From the NCBI GenBank assembly GCA_044221825.1, contig JBGAOL010000004.1:1-32492 (forward strand): a stretch of DNA of 32,492 nucleotides. Direction: 5' to 3'. Under the pieces are notes generated by a model. It saw nothing but the letters and a program-made list of their open reading frames with translations. It had not been told where the DNA came from and searched no databases. Both the position numbers and the translations under genes were made by a program. The stretch comes from Gemmatimonadales bacterium (GTDB lineage Bacteria > Gemmatimonadota > Gemmatimonadetes > Gemmatimonadales > GWC2-71-9). Numbering within the stretch: position 1 is the first letter of the stretch; each line of letters starts with the position of its first letter. Of the stretch, positions 1 through 7,327 are shown one piece after another.

Positions 1-1035
1 GGCCTGGACCGCGTGCCACCTCACGCCGCCGTCTCCACCACCGTGGAGCTGGCCCGCCGGGAGATCGGCGAGGGCGCCGCCAAGTTCGCCAACGCGCTGC
101 TCCGCGGCCTCGGCGGCCGCGCCGCGCCCCCCGCGCGCGACGCCGATCCCGCGAAGCACCTGGGCGACCGCTACTCCCACCCCGCGTGGCTCGTGAAGCG
201 CTGGCTGGCGCGGTTCGGGGATGCGGAGACGGAACAGCTGCTGGCGCGCAACAACGAGCGCCCGTCGCTCATCCTGCAGCCGGCGCGGCTGTCCCTCGAG
301 GAGCTGCAGGCTCGCTTCTGGGAGCGGGGGGTCGCCGCGCGGCGGGCGCCATTCGACGCCGGGCTCGTGGTGGACGGCGGCCGCCCGGCCGAATTGCCGG
401 GCTACGCGGAGGGCTGGTTCGTGGTGCAGGACGCGGCGCAGGCGCTCGTGGCACGGTTCGCCGGCGTGCCGGCCGGCGCGGTGGTCTACGATGCCGCCGC
501 GGCACCCGGGGGCAAGACCGTCGCCCTGGGCCGCGTGGCGCGCGTGGTGCTGGCGGGGGAGGTGCGGCCGGAGCGGGCGGCCCGGCTGGCGGAGAACCTG
601 CGGCGGGCGGGGAGCGGGCGGGAGCAGGTGCTCGTGGCAGATGCCGCGGCACCGCCGGTGCGCAACGCCGACGTCGTCCTGCTGGATGCCCCCTGCCTCG
701 GCACCGGCACCTTCGCCCGGCACCCCGACGCGCGGTGGAAGGTCACGCCCCAGGCCCTGGGTCGGCTGGCCGGGAAACAGGCCGCGCTGCTCGACGGGGT
801 GGCCGCCGCCGTCCGGCCCGGCGGGTGGTTAGTTTACGCCACCTGCTCGCTTGAGCCGGAAGAAAACGAGATTCAGGTGAACGCCTTCCTGTCCCGCCAT
901 CCCGAGTTCCACCGGATGCCCACCGACCTGGGCGCCCCGGAGCTCCTCTCCCCCGCCGGCGACCTGGTGCTGCTGCCGCAGCGCCACGGCACCGACGGGG
1001 CGTTCGCCGCGCGCCTCGCGCGGGTGGGCGCATGA
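1..1035 (+). CDS. rsmB: 16S rRNA m5C967 methyltransferase RsmB/Sun (5' end outside window)
   Basis: Frame is open from base 1. NusB-like tail (PPHAAVSTTVELA..FANALLR), YSHPAWL, VQDAAQ, DAAAAPGGKT SAM motif, LLDAPCLGTG and YATCSLEPEENE. Confidence 0.92.
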   Translation, partial: GLDRVPPHAAVSTTVELARREIGEGAAKFANALLRGLGGRAAPPARDADPAKHLGDRYSHPAWLVKRWLARFGDAETEQLLARNNERPSLILQPARLSLEELQARFWERGVAARRAPFDAGLVVDGGRPAELPGYAEGWFVVQDAAQALVARFAGVPAGAVVYDAAAAPGGKTVALGRVARVVLAGEVRPERAARLAENLRRAGSGREQVLVADAAAPPVRNADVVLLDAPCLGTGTFARHPDARWKVTPQALGRLAGKQAALLDGVAAAVRPGGWLVYATCSLEPEENEIQVNAFLSRHPEFHRMPTDLGAPELLSPAGDLVLLPQRHGTDGAFAARLARVGA

Positions 1036-1802
1036 GGTTCTCCCGGCCGGCCAGCGTGGAGCCGTCCCCCGGCTTCCTGCAGACCATCGGGGGCCGGCGG
1101 CTGGTGAAGCAGGCGCTGGTCGTGGCCGGCGCGTTCGTGGTGGGGTACCTGATCAACGTCTTCGTGCTCTTCCCGGGCCCGCTGTTCGAGAAGGTGCACG
1201 CGGTGCCGAACGTGCTCGAGGTGGGGGTCACCGAGGCGCGGGCCAAGCTCGAGGCGCAGGGACTCCGCTCCAAGGTGGAAGACCAGCGGAGCGACGCCTC
1301 TGCGCCGAAGGCGGCCGTCATCTGGCAGGACCCGCCCCCCGGGACCGTGGTCCCGCCGAACACCCAGATCTCCCTCACCCTCAGCGACGGCCCCACCGAC
1401 CTGCCGGTGCCCGACGTGGCGGGGATGCCGCGGGCCCTCGCGGAGAAGGTGCTGGCAGCCGCGGGCTTCAAGCTGGGTTCCACCGAGACCGTGCCTGCCG
1501 CGCCCGAGCCGGGCGTGGTGGTGCAGACGCGCCCCAACGCCGGCGTGGGCCGGCCGGCGGGGGCGGAGATTATTCTTGTGGTGAGCAGCGGGCCGGCCGA
1601 GGTGACCGTGCCCGGCGTGCTCGGGGTGCCGCTGTCGGTGGCGCGGGAGCGGATCGAGCTCCTGGGCCTCGAGGTGGGCCAGGTGCGCAACCGCACCACC
1701 CCGGGCCGGCCGGACGGCCTCGTGCTGGAGCAGCGCCCCAACGCGGGCAGCCGCGTCTCCCGGGGCACCGCCGTGGACCTGACCGTGACCAAGGGGAACT
1801 GA
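1032..1802 (+). CDS. PASTA-domain protein (N-terminal TM plus three PASTA repeats, no kinase domain)
   Basis: Three repeats of VPxVxG...A...L...G...V..Q.P..G. ATGA overlap with rsmB. Confidence 0.88.
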   Translation: MRFSRPASVEPSPGFLQTIGGRRLVKQALVVAGAFVVGYLINVFVLFPGPLFEKVHAVPNVLEVGVTEARAKLEAQGLRSKVEDQRSDASAPKAAVIWQDPPPGTVVPPNTQISLTLSDGPTDLPVPDVAGMPRALAEKVLAAAGFKLGSTETVPAAPEPGVVVQTRPNAGVGRPAGAEIILVVSSGPAEVTVPGVLGVPLSVARERIELLGLEVGQVRNRTTPGRPDGLVLEQRPNAGSRVSRGTAVDLTVTKGN

Positions 1803-2467
1803 TGGACGTGCGTATTGCGCCGAGCCTGCTGGCCTCCGACCTGGGCCGGCTCAAGGAGCAGGTGGAGGCGGCGCTGGCCGGTGGGGCCGAGTGGCTTCAC
1901 GTGGACGTGATGGACGGGCGCTTCGTGCCCAACCTGACCTTCGGCGCGCCGCTCATCAAGGCGCTCCGGCGCTTCACCGACGCGCCGATCGACGTCCACC
2001 TCATGGTGGTGGAGCCGGAGAACTACATCGCCGAGTACGCGGACCTGGGTGCCAACGTCTTCACGTTCCATCCCGAGGCCACGGTGCACGTGCAGCGGCA
2101 CCTGGCGGAGATCCGCCGGCGCGGGATGGCGGCGGGCCTCGCGCTCAACCCGTCGAGCCCGCTCAGCCTCATCGAGGAAGTCACCGCGGACCTGGACCTG
2201 GTGCTCATCATGAGCGTCAACCCGGGCTTCGGGGGCCAGGGCTACATCCCGCAGGCCACCGCGAAGATCGGGCGTACCCGCCAGCTGCTGGACCGTCACG
2301 GGGCCCGGGCCACGCTGGAGGTGGACGGCGGCATCACCCTGGACACCATCCGCGGCGCCTGGCAGGCGGGGGCCGATACCTTCGTGGCCGGCACGGCCAT
2401 CTTCGGCCAGCCGGACATCGGCGAGGCCGTGCGCGGCCTGCAGCGCCAGTGCCGGGAGAGGGCCTGA
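1802..2467 (+). CDS. rpe: Ribulose-phosphate 3-epimerase
   Basis: IAPSLLA, HVDVMDGRFVPNLTFG, DVHLMV, MSVNPGFGGQ, EVDGGI, VAGTAIF. Confidence 0.97.
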   Translation: MDVRIAPSLLASDLGRLKEQVEAALAGGAEWLHVDVMDGRFVPNLTFGAPLIKALRRFTDAPIDVHLMVVEPENYIAEYADLGANVFTFHPEATVHVQRHLAEIRRRGMAAGLALNPSSPLSLIEEVTADLDLVLIMSVNPGFGGQGYIPQATAKIGRTRQLLDRHGARATLEVDGGITLDTIRGAWQAGADTFVAGTAIFGQPDIGEAVRGLQRQCRERA

Positions 2468-2468
2468 C

Positions 2469-3059
2469 ATGTCGAAGCAGTGGATCTTCGTGCTCACCAT
2501 CGTCGGCGGCCTGGTCCTTGGCATCGTGATGCTGGCCAAGTTCGGGCCGGAGGTGGCGCCGGTGGCGGTGGGCGAGCGCGCCCCCGACTACCAGGCGATG
2601 AACATCGCCACCGGCGACAGCGTGCGGGTGCGGTCCGGCTACAAGGGCCACGTGACGCTGGTGAACATCTGGGCCACCTGGTGCGTGCCCTGCAAGGTGG
2701 AGATGCCGTCGATGCAGCAGCTCTACGACAGCCTCGGCCCGCTCGGCTTCCGCATCGCGGCCGTGAGCATCGACCAGGATGATCCCAAGGCGGTGAAGGA
2801 GTTCACCGACCAGCTCGGCATCACCTTCGACATCCTCCAGGACCGCAAGGGCGAGATCCAGCAGGCCTACCAGACCACCGGCGTGCCGGAGAGCTTCATC
2901 CTGGACCAGGACGGCATCATCATGAAGCGGGTCATCGGTGCCTACGACTGGACCGCGCCCGTGAACGTGAACCTGATCCGCCGCCTCCTCGGCGACACCA
3001 TCGCCGCACCACCCGCCGCTGACCGGGCGCCGGTGGACACGGTGCCGGCGGCGCGCTGA
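2469..3059 (+). CDS. TlpA/ResA-family membrane-anchored thiol-disulfide oxidoreductase
   Basis: N-terminal TM, LVNIWATWCVPCKVEMP, GVPESFILDQDG. Confidence 0.9.
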   Translation: MSKQWIFVLTIVGGLVLGIVMLAKFGPEVAPVAVGERAPDYQAMNIATGDSVRVRSGYKGHVTLVNIWATWCVPCKVEMPSMQQLYDSLGPLGFRIAAVSIDQDDPKAVKEFTDQLGITFDILQDRKGEIQQAYQTTGVPESFILDQDGIIMKRVIGAYDWTAPVNVNLIRRLLGDTIAAPPAADRAPVDTVPAAR

Positions 3060-3076
3060 GCGGCACGCCGCGGGGT

Positions 3077-3308
3077 TTCACCGCAGAGACGCGGAGGCGC
3101 GGAGGGCCGCAGAGGGCCTGTGCTCGGAGAGAGGAGCCCCTCTCGCGGGGCGTACTGGTGAATGAGGGTGGTCCGGCAGCACGGGTGGGGACCGGTGCCG
3201 CACCCAAACGGAGGCCCACCAAGACTTCACGGGCTCAGCTCACGATGAGCCCACCATCCTCGCGCAGGTCCTCTGCGGCCCTCTGCGCCTCCGCGTCTCT
3301 GCGGTGAA
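3077..3308. repeat. 232-nt intergenic element with 47-nt terminal inverted repeats (REP/MITE-like or structured RNA)
   Basis: 3077-3123 matches the reverse complement of 3262-3308 at 44 of 47 positions. Arms are built from CGC(A/G)GAG(A/G) sub-repeats. Internal hairpins at 3129-3144 and 3231-3252. Confidence 0.9.
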
Positions 3309-3338
3309 CATCACACCGAGCCCATCCCAGCCAGCCAC

Positions 3339-4394
3339 GTGACCAAGCTCCTCGCCATCGAGACGTCCTGTGACGAGACCTCCGCCGCCGTGGTGGCGGA
3401 GGAGGGCGGGCGCGTGGCGCTCCGGAGCCTGGTGATCCTGTCGCAGGACGTGCACAAGATCTTCGGCGGGGTGGTGCCGGAGCTGGCCAGCCGCGCGCAC
3501 CTCACCACCATCGAGCCGGTGGTGGACCAGGCGCTGGCCGAGGCGGGTGTGGCGCTCGAGGAACTGGACGCCATTGCCGTGACGGCCGGCCCCGGGCTGG
3601 TGGGCGCGCTCCTCGTGGGCGTGATGTACGGGAAGACGCTGGCCTGGCGCCTCGGCGTGCCGCTCGTGGGCGTGCACCACCTGGAAGGCCACCTCTTTGC
3701 CCCGACGCTCGAGGGCGAGGTGGCGCCGCCCTTCGTGGCGCTGCTCGTGAGCGGCGGCCACACCCTGCTCCTCGACGTCCCCGCCTGGGGCGAGTACCGC
3801 CTCCTCGGCACCACCCGCGACGACGCGGCGGGTGAGGCCTTCGACAAGGTGGGCACGCTCCTGGGCCTCGAGTACCCGGGCGGCCCCATCATCGAGCGGC
3901 TGGCCCGCGACGGGGACCCCCGGCGCTTCAAGTTCCCGCGCCCCATGCTCCGCGAGGCGGAGCACCCCGGGCCGGACCAGTTCACCTTCTCCTTCAGCGG
4001 CCTCAAGACCGCCGTGCTCCGCGCCGTGCAGCAGAGCCCCAACCTCGAGGCCGACCGCCCGCACCTGGCCCGCGGCTTCCAGGACGCCGCCCTCGACGTG
4101 CTGGTAGGCAAGGCGGCGGCGGCGGTGGAGGCCCTCGACCGGCCGCTGCTGGTGCTGGGCGGCGGCGTGGCGTGCAACGGTGAGCTCGCCGCCCGGATGC
4201 GCCGGCGGCTCGGGCAGGAGGTCCGGGTGGCCGTGGCCTCGAACCGGCTCAACACCGACAATGCGGCGATGATCGGGGCCGCCGGCCTGTTCCGGCTCCG
4301 GCACGGCGCCGGCGGCCTCGACCTCGAGCCCCGCGCTGACCTACCTTTCCCCGGCCTCGTCCCCATCACCCCAGCGACCGGACGCCCGACATGA
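3339..4394 (+). CDS. tsaD: tRNA N6-threonylcarbamoyltransferase TsaD
   Basis: LAIETSCDETSAA, GGVVPELASRAH, GPGLVGAL, HHLEGH, LVSGGHT, DDAAGEAFDK, FSFSGLKT, TDNAAMI. Confidence 0.97.
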   Translation: MTKLLAIETSCDETSAAVVAEEGGRVALRSLVILSQDVHKIFGGVVPELASRAHLTTIEPVVDQALAEAGVALEELDAIAVTAGPGLVGALLVGVMYGKTLAWRLGVPLVGVHHLEGHLFAPTLEGEVAPPFVALLVSGGHTLLLDVPAWGEYRLLGTTRDDAAGEAFDKVGTLLGLEYPGGPIIERLARDGDPRRFKFPRPMLREAEHPGPDQFTFSFSGLKTAVLRAVQQSPNLEADRPHLARGFQDAALDVLVGKAAAAVEALDRPLLVLGGGVACNGELAARMRRRLGQEVRVAVASNRLNTDNAAMIGAAGLFRLRHGAGGLDLEPRADLPFPGLVPITPATGRPT

Positions 4395-5221
4395 ACGTCT
4401 ACCCGTTTGCCCTGCACCTGGGCCCCGTGGAGCTCACCGGCTACGGGATCATGATGATGGTCGGCTTCCTGGTGGGCGGCTGGCTCATCACCCTCGAGCT
4501 CCGGCGGCGGGGCTTCTACGAGGAATACGCCTCCGACATCACCGTGGCCGCGGTGGTGGGCGGCGTCATCGGGGCCAAGGTGTGGTACTGGGTCCTGAAC
4601 GGCGGCCCGCTGTTCTCGCGCGGGGGGCTGGTGTGGTACGGCGGGTTCGTGGGCGGCGCGCTGGCGGTGCTGCTCAACAGCCTCCGGCTCCGGGTGCCGG
4701 TCCGCTGGACCATGCAGCTCTGCGCCCCGGCGCTGGCGGCGGCCTATGCCCTGGGCCGCATCGGCTGTTTCATCGTGAATGACGACTACGGCCGGCCCAG
4801 CGACCTGCCGTGGGCGGTGAAGTTTCCCCAAGGCCTCCCCCCGTCGACCGCGGAGCGGATGCAGTCGATGTTCGGCATCCCCGTTCCGCCCGGCACCGAT
4901 CCCGGCACGGTTCTCGCCGTGCATCCGACCCAGCTGTACGAGGTGACAATCATGCTGGCGGCCTTTCTGGTCCTCTGGCGGCTGCGCCTCCAGCAGCGGG
5001 CCACCGGCTGGCTGTTCAGCGTCTACCTGGTCTGGGCGGGCGCCGAGCGGTTCATCATCGAGATCTTCCGGGCCAAGGACGACCGTTTCTTCGGTCCCTT
5101 CACCCTGGCACAGGTGGTCAGCGTCATCCTGATCACCATCGGCGTCGGGCTGATGGCTCGCCTGGCGAAGGGTGATGAGCTCGCGCCGGGCCCCTACCTG
5201 ACCAAGACCGCGACAGCCTAG
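4391..5221 (+). CDS. lgt: Prolipoprotein diacylglyceryl transferase
   Basis: Multi-TM protein with GGLVWYGG, LGRIGCF...YGRPSDLPWAVKFP, HPTQLYE, RFIIEIFR. ATGA overlap with tsaD. Confidence 0.92.
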   Translation: MNVYPFALHLGPVELTGYGIMMMVGFLVGGWLITLELRRRGFYEEYASDITVAAVVGGVIGAKVWYWVLNGGPLFSRGGLVWYGGFVGGALAVLLNSLRLRVPVRWTMQLCAPALAAAYALGRIGCFIVNDDYGRPSDLPWAVKFPQGLPPSTAERMQSMFGIPVPPGTDPGTVLAVHPTQLYEVTIMLAAFLVLWRLRLQQRATGWLFSVYLVWAGAERFIIEIFRAKDDRFFGPFTLAQVVSVILITIGVGLMARLAKGDELAPGPYLTKTATA

Positions 5222-5235
5222 CTCGGCTGTTTTTT
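5213..5235 (+). terminator. Intrinsic terminator at the end of lgt
   Basis: ACAGCC-tagctc-GGCTGT followed by TTTTT. Confidence 0.65.
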
Positions 5236-5243
5236 CCGCGTGG

Positions 5244-5292
5244 CCGGAAATGAATGCCGGTATTTCGTGCCGATCCGGCAAGAAATACCGGC
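5244..5292. promoter_or_regulatory. Candidate enhancer (UAS) for a sigma-54 activator
   Basis: CCGG-N9-CCGG dyads at 5244-5260 and 5275-5291, centres 31 bp apart. 11-bp inverted repeat GCCGGTATTTC (5256-5266) / GAAATACCGGC (5282-5292). Lies about 90-140 bp upstream of the predicted start. Confidence 0.55.
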
Positions 5293-5315
5293 TAATCGTT
5301 GTTGTAGAACAATGC

Positions 5316-5340
5316 TAAACGATTGAAAAACAAGCAGTTA
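5316..5340. promoter_or_regulatory. IHF-like binding dyad
   Basis: TAAACGATTG-AAAAA-CAAGCAGTTA. Each strand gives a one-mismatch match to WATCAANNNNTTR. Lies between the UAS and the -24/-12 element. Confidence 0.55.
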
Positions 5341-5356
5341 CATAAACTGTGATCAG

Positions 5357-5372
5357 TGGCACATAGCCTGCA
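5357..5372 (+). promoter_or_regulatory. Sigma-54 (-24/-12) promoter
   Basis: TGGCAC-ATAGC-CTGCA. GG (5358-5359) and GC (5370-5371) are at canonical spacing, in an AT-rich island. Confidence 0.8.
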
Positions 5373-5379
5373 ATAATCG

Positions 5380-5634
5380 AGTGCGACGGCGCAAAGCGCC
5401 GAACGGAAAGTGGTAGGCCGAAGAAGAGTGGGCTCAAGCACTTCGGCTTGGTCCCGTCCAAACTCAGGGGGCGGCCTACCACCTCACCTTGCGGACCCCC
5501 GATGGGGCGCCGCACTCGCAGTGGCAGGCCGAAGAAGAGTGGAGCGAGCACTCCGTTCGTCTCCGTCCACAACTCAGGGGGCGGTCTGCCATCCCAGTGC
5601 CAACGCCGGTCCTTCGGGGCCGGCGTTTGGCTTT
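5380..5634 (+). ncRNA. Putative sigma-54-dependent structured ncRNA with two homologous domains (family not recognised)
   Basis: Units 5410-5482 and 5521-5592 show compensatory base changes. Bounded by a sigma-54 promoter and a UUCG terminator hairpin. Indels between the units break the reading frame. Confidence 0.72.
5602..5634 (+). terminator. Terminator-like hairpin closing the putative ncRNA
   Basis: AACGCCGGTCC-TTCG-GGGCCGGCGTT with a cUUCGg tetraloop, followed by TGGCTTT (imperfect U-tract). Confidence 0.7.
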
Positions 5635-5658
5635 GCTCCCCCGTGCTACCTTCCAGCC

Positions 5659-7212
5659 ATGCTGTCGTCGCTTCCCGCCATCGACCCCGCCACCGGCGAG
5701 GTGTTCGCCGAGACGCCACTCACCCCAGTGGAGGAGGTGGGGAGGATCGTGGCGCGCGCGCGCTCGGCCCAGCCGGATTGGGCGGCGCGGCCGCTGGCGG
5801 AGCGGGCACAGGTCCTGTCCCGCTTCCAGCAGGTGCTCTACGAACGGCGGCGGGCGATGGCGGACCTGATCAGCCGCGAGAACGGCAAGCCCCTCGGCGA
5901 GGCGCTCTTCGCCGACGTGGCGGTGACGCTGGACCTGGCGCGGTACTACCTGGCGCAGGGCGCGCGACTGCTTCGGCCCACGCCGGTGCGGGCAGGCAAC
6001 CTGGCGCTGCTCGGCAAGCGCGGCCGGGTGCACTGGGACCCGATGGGCGTGCTGGCCGTGATCGCGCCGTGGAACTATCCGCTCCTGCTGCCGGCCGGGA
6101 CCGTGATCCCCGGCCTGCTGGCGGGTAACGCGGTGGTGATCAAGCCGAGCGAGTTCACCACCCGGACGGCGGTGCTGCTCACGGAGCTCCTGGCCGAGGC
6201 GGGCGTGCCGGAGGGCCTGGTGGCGCTGGTGGTCGGTGGCGGGGAGGTCGGGGCGGCGCTGATCGAGGCGGCACCGGACAAGATCTTCTTCACCGGCAGC
6301 GCCGCCACCGGCCGCAAGGTGTCGCTCCGCGCGGCGGAGCAGATGATCCCTGTCAACCTGGAGCTCGGCGGCAGCGATCCGTGCCTGGTGCTGGCGGACG
6401 CGGACCTGGAGCTGGCGGCGAGCGGCGCCCTCTGGGCGCGCTTCACCAACGGTGGGCAGACCTGCGTGGCGGTGAAGCGGGCCATCGTGGAGCGCCCGGC
6501 GTACCAGCGCTTCGTGGACCTGGTGGTGCGGAAGGCGGAGGCGCTGGTGCTCGGCCCCGGCCTCGCGCCATCCACCGACGTGGGGCCGATGATCCGCGAC
6601 TCGCAGGTCCGCGAGCTCGAGCGCCAGCTGGCGCAGGCGGTGGCACGCGGGGCGCGGGTGCTGACGGGCGGGCGCCGCCGCCCCGACCTCGGGCCGACGT
6701 TCTTCGAGCCGACGGTGGTCACCGAGCTGCCGCTCGACGCGGCGCTCTGGCGGGAGGAGGTCTTCGGCCCTGTCCTGCCCATCGTGGTGGCGGAGGACGA
6801 GGAGCACGCCATCCGCCTGGCCAACGACTCCGCCTACGGGCTCTCGGCCAGCGTGTGGACCCGGGATCGGGCGCGCGGCCGGCGGGTGGCGCGCCGCCTC
6901 GAGGCGGGCGCGGTGCAGGTGAACGATGCCACGAGCCACGTCGGCACCGCCGAGGTGCCGCACGGCGGGGAGAAACAGTCGGGGCTGGGCCGCACCCATG
7001 GGGAGCACGGCCTGCGCGAGACCTGCCGGCCGCGCTACGTGGGCGTCGACTTCCTGGACTGGATGCACCGGCCATGGTGGTTTGGCTACCACGCCGACAG
7101 CATGGGGGCGCGAGACGCCTTCCTGCGCTTTGCCTTTGCGCCGTCGTGGCTGGCGCGGCTCCGCGCGATGCCGGCGGCGCTCGGGCTGCTCCGGAACCGG
7201 CGGCGGCTCTAG
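5659..7212 (+). CDS. NAD(P)-dependent aldehyde dehydrogenase family protein
   Basis: IDPATGE, ENGKP, IAPWNYP, KPSE, FTGS, LELGG, GQTCVA (catalytic Cys), EEVFGP, GGEKQSGLGR. Start placed at ATG 5659, behind an extended -10 TGCTACCTT. Confidence 0.93.
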   Translation: MLSSLPAIDPATGEVFAETPLTPVEEVGRIVARARSAQPDWAARPLAERAQVLSRFQQVLYERRRAMADLISRENGKPLGEALFADVAVTLDLARYYLAQGARLLRPTPVRAGNLALLGKRGRVHWDPMGVLAVIAPWNYPLLLPAGTVIPGLLAGNAVVIKPSEFTTRTAVLLTELLAEAGVPEGLVALVVGGGEVGAALIEAAPDKIFFTGSAATGRKVSLRAAEQMIPVNLELGGSDPCLVLADADLELAASGALWARFTNGGQTCVAVKRAIVERPAYQRFVDLVVRKAEALVLGPGLAPSTDVGPMIRDSQVRELERQLAQAVARGARVLTGGRRRPDLGPTFFEPTVVTELPLDAALWREEVFGPVLPIVVAEDEEHAIRLANDSAYGLSASVWTRDRARGRRVARRLEAGAVQVNDATSHVGTAEVPHGGEKQSGLGRTHGEHGLRETCRPRYVGVDFLDWMHRPWWFGYHADSMGARDAFLRFAFAPSWLARLRAMPAALGLLRNRRRL

Positions 7213-7245
7213 GGGCGGGCTCGGTGCCGGGCACCGGAACGCGGC

Positions 7246-7310
7246 ACGGGGCGACCAGGTGGTCGCCCCGTCGGCGTCTTGGGGATCGGGCCGACGGGGC
7301 GGCGCCCCGT
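7246..7310. repeat. GC-rich palindromes between convergent genes
   Basis: ACGGGGCGACC-aggt-GGTCGCCCCGT (7246-7271) and ACGGGGCG-g-CGCCCCGT (7294-7310). Confidence 0.6.
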
Positions 7311-7327
7311 GGCCACGGGCGTGGGGG

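Noticed and set aside
3077-3308. Autonomous IS element or tRNA
   Set aside because: Too short for a transposase, no target-site duplication, and no cloverleaf or T-loop motif.
5410-5592. Tandem glycine riboswitch (CCGAAGAAG...CTCAGG resembles its P3 core)
   Set aside because: The upstream GGAGA element and P2 are missing. The 3' side is AACTCAGG rather than CTYTCAGG. CCG is used in a long closing stem, and there is no glycine-related gene downstream.
5410-5592. CRISPR array, type III antitoxin array or IS110 bridge RNA
   Set aside because: Only two long units are present, with no repeat-spacer pattern, and there is no cas, toxin or recombinase gene nearby.
5410-5658. 83-aa N-terminal extension of the aldehyde dehydrogenase (ORF track start 5410)
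   Set aside because: It runs through the structured repeats and terminator, and the two units translate out of frame with each other. Family homology begins at IDPATGE just after ATG 5659.
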